From assembly GCA_965218795.1 (NCBI GenBank), contig OZ244653.1:864001-928000 (forward strand): a DNA stretch of 64,000 nt, in the 5' to 3' direction. The notes beneath the pieces were generated by a model, which saw nothing but the letters and a program-made list of their open reading frames with translations, was not told the origin of the DNA and did no database searches. The DNA is from a bacterium (GTDB lineage: Bacteria > UBA8248 > JACPRG01 > G963555815). Each line of letters starts with the position of its first letter. The first letter of the stretch is position 1. The translations under genes were made by a program, and so were the position numbers. Positions 20,430 to 29,256 of this stretch are shown one piece after another.

Positions 20430-21763
20430 ATCTGCCCTTCCGAGGTTTCCACGCGGATCAGCATGGTGGGAAGGCTGACAAAATCCAGTTCGTCAATTTC
20501 GGTCAGGGCGGTCTGCACGTCCTTTTCCCGCGCCTCATGGGTCATCATGACCAGCGGCACATGCCCCCCCTCCAGACGCCCTTTCTGAATGACGGCTTCG
20601 ATACTGATGTCGTTTCGCCCCAGGATTCCCGAAATGGCCGAGAGCACGCCGGGCCGGTCCTCGACCATGCACCGCAGGTAATACGATGTCACGATCTCAA
20701 AGGACGGACGAATCTGAATCGGCTCCCGCGATTGCGGCGGATAGCCCAGGAGGGGGACCCTCGAACCCGTTCCCCGGCTTGCGGCCATCCGGCGGTTCCG
20801 TGCAATCTCCATGACGTCGGCGGCTACGGCGGCGCCGGTCGGCAGGGAGCCCGCGCCCTTGCCGATGAGGATGTTGGCGTCGGATTTGTTCCCCCTGATG
20901 TAGATCGCGTTGAAGGCTCCGCCGACCTGGGCCAGGATCTGATCCTGGGACAGCATGGTCGGGCAGACCCTGACGTCCAGTTGGCCGTCGACGCGCTTCG
21001 CTTCCACGAGAAGCTTGACCCGATATCCGAGCTCTTTGGCGAACTCGAGATCCACCGGCTCGATTCGCCGAATTCCCTCAATCAGGATGTCATCCATTCC
21101 TATGGGCGTTCCGAAACACAGATTGGCCAGGATCGCAATCTTGTGTGCTGAATCAATGCCGTCGACATCGAAGGTCGGATCAGCCTCGGCGTACCCTTTT
21201 TCCTGGGCCTCCTTCAGGACCGTCTCAAACTCCAGGCCTTCTTCGGTCATTTTCGTCAGGATGTAGTTCGCCGTGCCGTTCACGATGCCGTAGACCGTTT
21301 CAATGGTGTTTGAGGAAAAACCTTCCTTGACGGCTCGGACGACGGGAATGGTCCCTCCGACGGCGGCCTCAAAGCCCATTTCGAGCCCCATCTCGGCCGC
21401 CATGCCGAAAATTTCTTCGCCGTGCTGGGCCAACAGTGCTTTGTTGGCCGTGACGACATGCTTTCCCGCCTTCAGAGCCCGCAGGATAAACGTCTTGGCC
21501 GGCTCGTATCCGCCCACGAGCTCGACGACGACGTCGATTTTGGAATCCTCCAGCAGGCCGTCCACGTCCTGCGACAGCATCCCGTCGGGGATCTGGACGC
21601 CCCGATCTGTGGTCGTGTCCAGGTCCGCGATCCGCTTGATCCGGATCGGGTAGCCCAGGCGCCGCTCGATCTCATCGGCGTTGTCCTGAAGGGTGCTCAC
21701 CAGACCGGTGCCTACGGTTCCGAAACCAATGATTCCGATATCAAATGTGGATTTTTCGGTCAT
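20426..21763 (-). CDS. hom: Homoserine dehydrogenase with ACT domain
   Basis: GFGTVG, VVTANKA, FEAAVGG, GYAEADPTFDV, GKGAGSLPT; C-terminal ACT (DRPGVL). Confidence 0.97.
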   Translation of the reverse strand: MTEKSTFDIGIIGFGTVGTGLVSTLQDNADEIERRLGYPIRIKRIADLDTTTDRGVQIPDGMLSQDVDGLLEDSKIDVVVELVGGYEPAKTFILRALKAGKHVVTANKALLAQHGEEIFGMAAEMGLEMGFEAAVGGTIPVVRAVKEGFSSNTIETVYGIVNGTANYILTKMTEEGLEFETVLKEAQEKGYAEADPTFDVDGIDSAHKIAILANLCFGTPIGMDDILIEGIRRIEPVDLEFAKELGYRVKLLVEAKRVDGQLDVRVCPTMLSQDQILAQVGGAFNAIYIRGNKSDANILIGKGAGSLPTGAAVAADVMEIARNRRMAASRGTGSRVPLLGYPPQSREPIQIRPSFEIVTSYYLRCMVEDRPGVLSAISGILGRNDISIEAVIQKGRLEGGHVPLVMMTHEAREKDVQTALTEIDELDFVSLPTMLIRVETSEGQM

Positions 21764-21829
21764 TTTCGCAATCGCCCATCGGACGAGAATCCTCCCCGGA
21801 ACGGGAGAATCGGTCACGCAAAACCAGCT

Positions 21830-22756
21830 TCAAATAGAAATATATGTCCGAGCCACTGATGGGGCTGCCGTTTCCTGCGGGCCGACGGCTGCCGGGGTCT
21901 TCTCCCGGATGGTCTCGTAAACCTCCTCGGCGTTGAAAGAACTTCGCACAAAGGGGCCGGAGAAGACGTAATCGAATCCCATCTCCCGTCCGATCCGCTC
22001 ATATTCGGCGAACCGATCGGGATGGACGAACTCTTCAACGGGCAGATGCTCGGTCGAGGGCTGGAGGTACTGGCCGACAGTCAGGATACGGCAGCCGGAA
22101 TCCCTCAAGTCCGCCATCACGTCCCCCACCTCATCCGGAGTCTCTCCGAGACCCACCATGATTCCCGACTTGGTGACGGACAGACCGGCGTCCGCGACCA
22201 TTCGGATGAGCTGGAGCGACCACTGGTAATTCGCCCCGAGCCGCACGTCCCGATACAGCCGGGGGACCGTTTCAATGTTGTGGTTGTAGATATCGGGTGA
22301 GGCTTGAATGACCCGTTCGATGGCGGCCTCATGGCCGCGGAAATCCGGCGTCAGAATTTCCACGGACGAACCAGGAAGCCTTCTGCGAAGCGCGGCAATC
22401 GTCTGGACGAACTGTTCGGCCCCTTTGTCGGGCAGGTCATCACGATCCACCGAAGTCACGACCACATGGCGCAGACCCATCTGCTCCGCCGCATCCGCAA
22501 CATGTTCCGGCTCATGGGGATCGACGGCAAGCGGTCTTCCGGTATCGACGGCGCAGAAGCCGCACTTTCGCGTGCAGATGTCGCCCAGAATCATGAACGT
22601 GGCCGTTGGCTTGGACCAGCACTCGTACAGGTTGGGGCAACGGGCCTCTTCGCAAACGGTGTGAAGGCGTTTTTGACGCATGAGCGCCTTCACCCGGTGG
22701 GTTTCTTCGCTGAAATTCAGACGCTTTCGCATCCAGGGCGGGAAGCGTGGAGGCAA
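21830..22756 (-). CDS. lipA: Lipoyl synthase
   Basis: CEEARCPNLYEC, CTRKCGFC (radical SAM), VRSS; TTG 22756 preceded by GGAGAGGA. Confidence 0.96.
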   Translation of the reverse strand: MPPRFPPWMRKRLNFSEETHRVKALMRQKRLHTVCEEARCPNLYECWSKPTATFMILGDICTRKCGFCAVDTGRPLAVDPHEPEHVADAAEQMGLRHVVVTSVDRDDLPDKGAEQFVQTIAALRRRLPGSSVEILTPDFRGHEAAIERVIQASPDIYNHNIETVPRLYRDVRLGANYQWSLQLIRMVADAGLSVTKSGIMVGLGETPDEVGDVMADLRDSGCRILTVGQYLQPSTEHLPVEEFVHPDRFAEYERIGREMGFDYVFSGPFVRSSFNAEEVYETIREKTPAAVGPQETAAPSVARTYISI

Positions 22757-22819
22757 GGTCGTTTCCTCTCCAATCTCGGCAATGACCCGCAACACCGAAC
22801 GATAGCCGAATCCCTTTGA

Positions 22820-22849
22820 ATGGTATGTCCCCCCCCTGAGGACTGTCAA
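22820..22849 (-). promoter_or_regulatory. Sigma70-type promoter for lipA-hom-thrC
   Basis: Minus strand TTGACA (22849-22844), 18-bp spacer containing G8, TACCAT (22825-22820). Confidence 0.55.
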
Positions 22850-23059
22850 GGAGGCGGAACGCCGAGGGATCAAGCGTAGAACGGATTTTCCGGAAAATCG
22901 GAGCGGACGGAAAGCCGGGTTCCCAAACGGGATTGGGACAGTAAAGCGTAGAAACTGAAAAAGGAAAGATGCGGGTCAGCGGGTTTTCGAACCCTCACGG
23001 GAGAATCGCAAAGGCGGCTTCCACACGAGAGTCCACTTTTCGCCTGCTCATATGACACG

Positions 23060-24754
23060 TTACATCCGTATTGGTGCAGAAATGCCCAGCAACCCGAGCG
23101 CATGCCTCAGGACGGTCCCGGAAAACCGAATCAGAAAAAGTCTGGCCCGGGTGAGAGAATCGTTATCCGAGATAAATCGGTGATGCTTGTAATAATTATG
23201 AAAAATCCCCGCCATTTCCATCAGAAAGTGCGTCAGACGGTGAGGCTCCAGGTTCAAGGCGGCGCCTTCAACGACTTCCGGGAAGCGAAGGAGTTCCATG
23301 ATCAGGGAGCGTTCTTCGGGGAGGCTCAAAGGGCCGAGATCCACCTCGTCGGCATCCGGGATCGAGAGCCCTTGACTCTCGGCTTCCCTCATCACGCTGC
23401 AAACCCGCGCGTGCGCATACTGGACGTAAAATACCGGATTCTCCGAGGACTGTTCCTTCGCAAGATCCATATCAAATTCCAGTTGGCTGTCCGAGCGTCG
23501 CATCAAGAGGAAGAACCGTGTGGCGTCGGTACCGACTTCCCGCACCACTTCGGATAACTCGACGAACTGCCCCTGGCGGGTGGACATCGAGATCGGTTCT
23601 CCGCCACGGGTGAGTGAAACCAATTGGACCAAAAGTATCTTCAGATCCTCCGGACGCCGGCCGAGAAGCTGAACAACGGCCTTCATGCGGAGAATATAGC
23701 CGTGGTGGTCCGCACCCCATATATTGATGACCTGGTCGTAGCCTCGCTGAAACTTGTTCCCGTGGTAGGCGACGTCAGAAGCCAAGTACGTCGGGCGTCC
23801 GTCCTTCCGAACAAGGACCCGGTCCTTGTCATCACCGAAATCGGAGGACCTCAGCCAAAGGGCGCCTTCCTTTTCATAGGCCCCATCCTTGGACCGAAGC
23901 GCCTCCAGAGACTTGGTGACCTCCTGTGAGTCGAACAGTGATTGTTCGCTGAACCAGATGTCGAATTCCGTATTGAAGTTCCGGAGGTCGTTCCCTATCT
24001 CTTCGAGGATGCTCTCGGCTGCGCGTTCGCCAAAACTGCGGACTACGGCCGATTCGTCTTCTTGGAGATGGGCCGCGCCATCCTCCTCGAAGATATCCCC
24101 CGCCAGCTCGGTGATATAGCTCCCCTGATAAAACTCATCGGGAAATTCCATCTCTTGTCCGGCGGCCTGTTGATACCTCAGATAGACCGAACGGCCCAGG
24201 GTTTCAATTTGATTACCAGCATCATTAATATAGTATTCTTTTTCAATGTGATATCCACACTTTCCTAATATTCTACTTAAAGAATCTCCGACCGCTGCGC
24301 CGCGGCCGTGGCCGATGTGGAGCGGGCCCGTCGGGTTGGCGCTGACGAACTCTACCTGAACCCGTTGGCCGCTACCCACATCCGAACCGCCGAATTCCTC
24401 TCCCTCCTTTACGGCAGCCCGTAAACTTTCCAGAAGGAAGTTCCTTCGAATGGAAAGATTGAGGAATCCCGGACCCGCAATCTCGACCCTCTCGATAACA
24501 GGATGCTCACTTCCAATCTGGCGGCCGAGGGCCTCTGCGATTTCTCCGGGGGGCATCTTCTGTGCGGATGCGGCAACCATTGCCAGGTTGGTCGAGAAAT
24601 CTCCATGAGCTTCCTCATTGGGGCGTTCGATGGAGAAATTGAATTGATCGGCACCACCGCCGTCGGCCATGAGGTCACCGGCTTCAACGGCTTTTTCGTA
24701 CGCCTCGATCACCGCTTGTTTCAATACCTCTTTCACCGCCTTCTCCGCGGACAA
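23060..24754 (-). CDS. argS: Arginine--tRNA ligase
   Basis: VEFVSANPTGPLHIGHGR, WGADHHGY, MSTRQG, NPVFYVQYAHAR. Confidence 0.98.
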   Translation of the reverse strand: MSAEKAVKEVLKQAVIEAYEKAVEAGDLMADGGGADQFNFSIERPNEEAHGDFSTNLAMVAASAQKMPPGEIAEALGRQIGSEHPVIERVEIAGPGFLNLSIRRNFLLESLRAAVKEGEEFGGSDVGSGQRVQVEFVSANPTGPLHIGHGRGAAVGDSLSRILGKCGYHIEKEYYINDAGNQIETLGRSVYLRYQQAAGQEMEFPDEFYQGSYITELAGDIFEEDGAAHLQEDESAVVRSFGERAAESILEEIGNDLRNFNTEFDIWFSEQSLFDSQEVTKSLEALRSKDGAYEKEGALWLRSSDFGDDKDRVLVRKDGRPTYLASDVAYHGNKFQRGYDQVINIWGADHHGYILRMKAVVQLLGRRPEDLKILLVQLVSLTRGGEPISMSTRQGQFVELSEVVREVGTDATRFFLLMRRSDSQLEFDMDLAKEQSSENPVFYVQYAHARVCSVMREAESQGLSIPDADEVDLGPLSLPEERSLIMELLRFPEVVEGAALNLEPHRLTHFLMEMAGIFHNYYKHHRFISDNDSLTRARLFLIRFSGTVLRHALGLLGISAPIRM

Positions 24755-24841
24755 GGTTTTGCCGTTCCAGGACTCGGTTTTCCGTTCCGCATCATGGCCT
24801 ATTTGTCATCTGAAAAAACGCTGTCAACTTGAGGTCGAACC

Positions 24842-25576
24842 TCACGACTTCAGGAATTTCAACGATTTCAGGCGGGAGCCGCAGACCTGTGTCAGAAAAT
24901 CGTCGAGAAAACGGCTGGCCTCGCTTTGAGTGGCCCGAACCGTTGTCAGCTGGAATGCGCGGACAAGCGGAAGGGAGCTCACGGCCGAGAGATGCTTGAC
25001 GGCCCCCGGAGAGAGCCGAACCCCGCCAGCCGAACACTCCGGACAAAACAGCATGGCCTGCCCCTGCCGGTAAACGGCTCCCTTGACCTCGAGAGGTCTC
25101 CCGCAATCGGCACAAGCGTCGAGATTGGGTTGATAACCCAGTTCCCCGAGCAGACGGATCTTGAAAAGGATCATGGGATCGCCCGGGGACAGCGCGGATT
25201 CCATTCTCTCGAGGACGGCCAACGAAAGGGTAAAAATCTCCCGCTGCGCCTCTCCGGTTTCGAGGAGACGATCGAGCGCCTCGGCCATGACGAGCGCGTG
25301 TTGGAGTTTTTCGTAGTTTCGGCGGATGGAGTCGAAATCCCGGAGGACGTCCGCGCTTTTCAGATGAAAGAGGTCCGCGTTCTCTTTGCCATAGTATTCC
25401 AGATGCGAGAAGGTCAGCGGCTCAACGGCGCCCGAGAGCCTGCTTTTCGCCCTTCGGGCCGAGTGCGCGATTGCCCGGAGCTTACCGTGATCCCTGCTGA
25501 GGAAGATGACGACTCGATCCGCCTCTCCCAAGTTCTGGCGCCGCAATGAGAGGGCGTCGGTTCGGAACAGTGCCAC
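24842..25576 (-). CDS. recO: DNA repair protein RecO
   Basis: GEADR, GKLRAIA...KSRL, LGYQPNLDACADC...CPEC zinc site; follows era. Confidence 0.94.
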   Translation of the reverse strand: MALFRTDALSLRRQNLGEADRVVIFLSRDHGKLRAIAHSARRAKSRLSGAVEPLTFSHLEYYGKENADLFHLKSADVLRDFDSIRRNYEKLQHALVMAEALDRLLETGEAQREIFTLSLAVLERMESALSPGDPMILFKIRLLGELGYQPNLDACADCGRPLEVKGAVYRQGQAMLFCPECSAGGVRLSPGAVKHLSAVSSLPLVRAFQLTTVRATQSEASRFLDDFLTQVCGSRLKSLKFLKS

Positions 25577-25595
25577 GGGGTCTCCCTTCCGCGCC

Positions 25596-26477
25596 TCAAC
25601 CGCGGTCGAAGCCGAGTTCCCTCAAGGAGCGCTCCGTCCGGCTCCAATTCTTTTTTACCCGCACGCGTAAGTCGAGGTAGACGGGCGAGCCGAACCATGA
25701 TTCGAGAGAGGAACGCGCCGCCGAACCGATTCGTTTGATCATCTGGCCCTTTCGGCCGATCAGGATCGGCTTTTGGGATTCCTTTTCCACGTACAGCGTC
25801 GCCAGCAGGACGAGTCGATCCCGTTCCGGGTCGGCCTCGATATTCTCTACTTCCACCGCAGAGGCATAGGGCAATTCGTGAGAAGTCGCCTGGATGACCT
25901 GCTCCCGGATGAGCTCGGCCGCCATCTCCTCTTCGGCTTGATTGGTGATCATGTCGGGCGGGAAATAAGGCTCCCCTTCGGGCAGGTACTTCTCCAGCGT
26001 CCCCAGAAGGGTTTCCACGTTCTCCCCGGTCAAGGCGGAGATTGGAAAGATTTCATCGAACGGACGAACGTTATTGTATCGCTCGATCACCGGGAGCAGT
26101 TCCGTCCGGGCGACCCGATCGACTTTGTTGATGACGAGGAAGGAGACTGGCCCGGTCAGTTCACCCAAGAGCTTCCGGTCACTTTCGAAAGCTTCCCGGC
26201 GGGTATCGGTCATGAACAGGATGACGTCCACGTCCGCCCGGGCGGCTTCGATCTCCCTCTTCAGATAACGGTTCAGAAGCGAATCAAAGCCGGGGACACC
26301 CGGCGTGTCGATGAACACCGTCTGGGTCCGATCGGCATTCCGAATCCCGAGCACCCTCATGCGCGTGGTCCCCGGCTTGCGGGACACAATGGCCACTTTT
26401 CGTCCGAGGGCCCGGTTCAGAAACGTCGACTTCCCGACGTTGGGGCGTCCGACAATTGCCGCAAATCCGGACTTCAA
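25596..26477 (-). CDS. era: GTPase Era
   Basis: GRPNVGKST, TTR, DTPG, NKVD, ISA; KH domain (SQKPILIGRKG). Confidence 0.97.
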   Translation of the reverse strand: MKSGFAAIVGRPNVGKSTFLNRALGRKVAIVSRKPGTTRMRVLGIRNADRTQTVFIDTPGVPGFDSLLNRYLKREIEAARADVDVILFMTDTRREAFESDRKLLGELTGPVSFLVINKVDRVARTELLPVIERYNNVRPFDEIFPISALTGENVETLLGTLEKYLPEGEPYFPPDMITNQAEEEMAAELIREQVIQATSHELPYASAVEVENIEADPERDRLVLLATLYVEKESQKPILIGRKGQMIKRIGSAARSSLESWFGSPVYLDLRVRVKKNWSRTERSLRELGFDRG

Positions 26478-26489
26478 CCTCTCCCCCTT

Positions 26490-27171
26490 CTACTGCCGGT
26501 CCCAAAGCGACCATACGCCGCGGGTTTTAGCCAGACGCACCGCATCGCTCACATTCTGCGGCTTTTGGTCTCGCTGGATTCTCAAGAGCTGGCCGGGATA
26601 GATCAGATCGGGATCCACAATTCGACCCCGATTGGCCTCGTGCAACAGCGGCCACTTGAATGGGTCATGATAAACTTGAGAGTATCCGGAAACTTTTCAG
26701 AGGCTCTCGCCGACCTGGCACGATGGATGTCCGGACGCGCCGTTTGACCCTCCGGGTCGCGGCAGGCTTCCGGACGGACAACCTTCACGACGGCCACCTG
26801 CATGGCTTGAGACGTGACAGGCTGAGGATCGGTTTTCTTCTCATCAGGCGATTGGAGCGCCAATTCCTCCGCCCTCAGAACCATGCATCTCGCCTCCATA
26901 GTGTTTCTTTTCGTCCGCTTGTACGCCGATGTCTCCACGTCCTGAATGGACCGGTCGTACAGCTGCGTCGCCAGCATGTACTCCACGGACGCCCTTTTTT
27001 CCGCGCCTGCCGCACGGGCGGCCGTAATTGCGACATTCGCGCCGGCCATATCTTGGACGGGCGGCCGGTCGCAGGCAACCAAAATCAATGCGCTGCGAAG
27101 AAGGAGACACGGAGGACGGTGGAAAGGAGGTGATGGATGACTCTCTGGAATCCTGATGCGCGTCGGGCCAC
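26490..27171 (-). pseudogene. Disrupted lipoprotein with DUF4398-like helical region and C-terminal LysM domain
   Basis: Spread over three frame segments: signal peptide MARRASGFQRVIHHLLSTVLRVSFFAA; LILVAC...AARAAGAEKRAS; then QVGESL*KVSGYSQVYHDPFKWPLLHEANRGRIVDPDLIYPGQLLRI. The TGA at 26699-26697 falls on the LysM Trp. Confidence 0.75.
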
Positions 27172-27251
27172 GGGGGACCTTTCCGCCGGTCCCTGCCGAC
27201 AACTTTCGGACGGCCCGGAAACGGGCCGTTCCGCGAATTCAACGGTTCTCG

Positions 27252-27279
27252 AATATAGGTCCCATCCGGATTTCGTCAA
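27252..27279 (-). promoter_or_regulatory. Sigma70-type promoter upstream of the LysM pseudogene/era/recO
   Basis: Minus strand TTGACG (27279-27274), 16-bp spacer, TATATT (27257-27252); same architecture as the rpsT promoter. Confidence 0.55.
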
Positions 27280-27333
27280 GCCCCCGACCCGGAGGAAGGC
27301 GATCCGCCTCACAATAACCGACGAATCTCTCCC

Positions 27334-29256
27334 CTAGAGCTTCTTCCTAGCGTAGCCGATTTCTTTCAGCAAATCCGTGATCTCATCCAGGATCGCCGGG
27401 TCGTCGATCGTCGCGGGCGCCTTGTATTCATCCCCGTCGGCAATCTTGTGCATCGTGCCGCGAAGGATCTTTCCCGAGCGGGTCTTCGGCAGACGGTTCG
27501 CAACGGCGGCGGTCTTGAACGCCGCGACCGGGCCAATCTTCTCCCGGACGAGCAGAACGGCTTCCTTGACGATCTCATCGTGGGGCCGGTCGACGCCGGC
27601 CTTCAGCACGACCAGTCCCAAAGGCACCTGCCCTTTCAAGTCGTCGGCCGCACCGATGACCGCGCATTCGGCGATGTCCGGATGAGACGCCAGAACCTCT
27701 TCCATCGCTCCCGTCGACAACCGATGCCCGGCCACGTTGATGATGTCGTCTGTTCTCGACATGACGTAGACGTAACCGTCCTCGTCCACGAATCCGGCAT
27801 CCCCCGTCTTATAAAAACCGGGGAATTCCTCCAGATAGGACGCGCGGTAGCCTTCATCGTTGTTCCACAGGGTCGGCAGGCTTCCCGGCGGCAGCGGGAG
27901 CTTCACGACCAGGGCCCCGATCCGTCCCCGCTTCACCTCCCGGTTTTTCTCATCGACCACCCGCACATCCCATCCTGGCGCGGGCTTCGTGGGAGAACCG
28001 GCTTTGACGGGCAGTCGCTCCAGTCCCATGCAGTTGGCGCAGATGGACCATCCCGTCTCCGTCTGCCACCAGTGATCGATAACCGGCACACCGAGGCGAT
28101 CCTCCGCCCAGTAAAGCGTATCCGGGTCGCACCGCTCCCCGGCCAGAAAGAGGATATTGAACCCTGACAGGTCATACTTGCGGATGTGCTTTCCGTCGGG
28201 GTCTTCCTTCTTGATGGCCCGGAAGGCCGTAGGCGCGGTGAACATGGACCGGACGCCGTGCTGGGAAATCACCCGCCAAAACGCCCCGGCATCTGGGGTG
28301 CCGACCGGCTTGCCCTCATACAGAACGGTTGTGCAGCCGTGAAAGAGCGGGCCGTATACGATGTAGGAGTGTCCGACCACCCAACCGATGTCCGACGCCG
28401 CCCAGTAGACGTCGCCCGGATCGACCTGATAAATGTTTTTCATGCTCCATTTGAGGGCGACTGCATGTCCCCCGTTGTCCCGCACAATGCCCTTCGGCTG
28501 CCCGGTCGTGCCGGAGGTGTAGAGAATGTAGAGGGGGTCCGTTGCGGCCAGCGGAAGGCAATCCCGGGGCGTCGCCCCATCCATCGCCTCCTCCCACTCC
28601 ACGTCCCGGCCGGTGATGAGGCCGCATTTCTCCACGGTCCGCTGGACGATGATGCAGCGTTCCGGCCTGGACGAAGACGTTTCCACCGCTTCATCCAGCA
28701 AAGGCTTGTAGGGAATGATCCGGTTCACCTCGATCCCGCATGAGGCGGAAACGATCACCCTGGGCTTGGCGTCGTCGATCCGCGTGGCGAGTTCACGCGC
28801 GGCAAACCCGCCAAACACCACGGAATGGATGGCGCCGATCCGCGCGCAAGCCAGCATGGCGACGACCGCCTCCGGAATCATCGGCATGTAGATAAGGACC
28901 CGGTCCCCTTTTCCCACCCCCTGGGCGGCGAGGGCTCCGGCAAACAGAGCGGTCTCATCAAGGAGCTCGGCGTAGGTGTACCGCCGGACGGTGTCGGTGA
29001 CGGGGCTGTCGTAGATGAGGGCATCCTGTCCGCCCCGCCCTTCGTCGACGTGACGGTCGAGCGCATTGTAACAGGTGTTGATCTCCCCGCCGCCGAACCA
29101 GCGGTAGTATGGCGCGCGGGAGTCGTCCAGAATCCGCTCCGATTTCTTGTACCAGTGGAGATCCTCCGCGGCCTCCGCCCAGAACCCCTCGGGCCGCGAG
29201 AGGGATCGCTCATAAGCCTGTTCGTAAGCGCCTGTCACCTTCAGGGTTCCTTTCAC
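27334..29256 (-). CDS. prpE: Propionyl-CoA synthetase-like acyl-CoA synthetase
   Basis: YILYTSGTTGQPKGIVRDNGG, IDHWWQTETG, NVAGHRLSTG, LPKTRSGKILR. Confidence 0.88.
   Translation of the reverse strand: MKGTLKVTGAYEQAYERSLSRPEGFWAEAAEDLHWYKKSERILDDSRAPYYRWFGGGEINTCYNALDRHVDEGRGGQDALIYDSPVTDTVRRYTYAELLDETALFAGALAAQGVGKGDRVLIYMPMIPEAVVAMLACARIGAIHSVVFGGFAARELATRIDDAKPRVIVSASCGIEVNRIIPYKPLLDEAVETSSSRPERCIIVQRTVEKCGLITGRDVEWEEAMDGATPRDCLPLAATDPLYILYTSGTTGQPKGIVRDNGGHAVALKWSMKNIYQVDPGDVYWAASDIGWVVGHSYIVYGPLFHGCTTVLYEGKPVGTPDAGAFWRVISQHGVRSMFTAPTAFRAIKKEDPDGKHIRKYDLSGFNILFLAGERCDPDTLYWAEDRLGVPVIDHWWQTETGWSICANCMGLERLPVKAGSPTKPAPGWDVRVVDEKNREVKRGRIGALVVKLPLPPGSLPTLWNNDEGYRASYLEEFPGFYKTGDAGFVDEDGYVYVMSRTDDIINVAGHRLSTGAMEEVLASHPDIAECAVIGAADDLKGQVPLGLVVLKAGVDRPHDEIVKEAVLLVREKIGPVAAFKTAAVANRLPKTRSGKILRGTMHKIADGDEYKAPATIDDPAILDEITDLLKEIGYARKKL

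Noticed and set aside
22960-23050. tRNA remnant suggested by GAGGGTTCGAAAACCC on the minus strand
   Set aside because: The T-loop length is wrong and I could not build acceptor, D or anticodon stems.
26697-26699. TGA recoding (Trp or Sec) in the LysM gene
   Set aside because: TGA is the normal stop of many genes here, the position aligns with Trp rather than Cys, and the gene has separate frameshifts.
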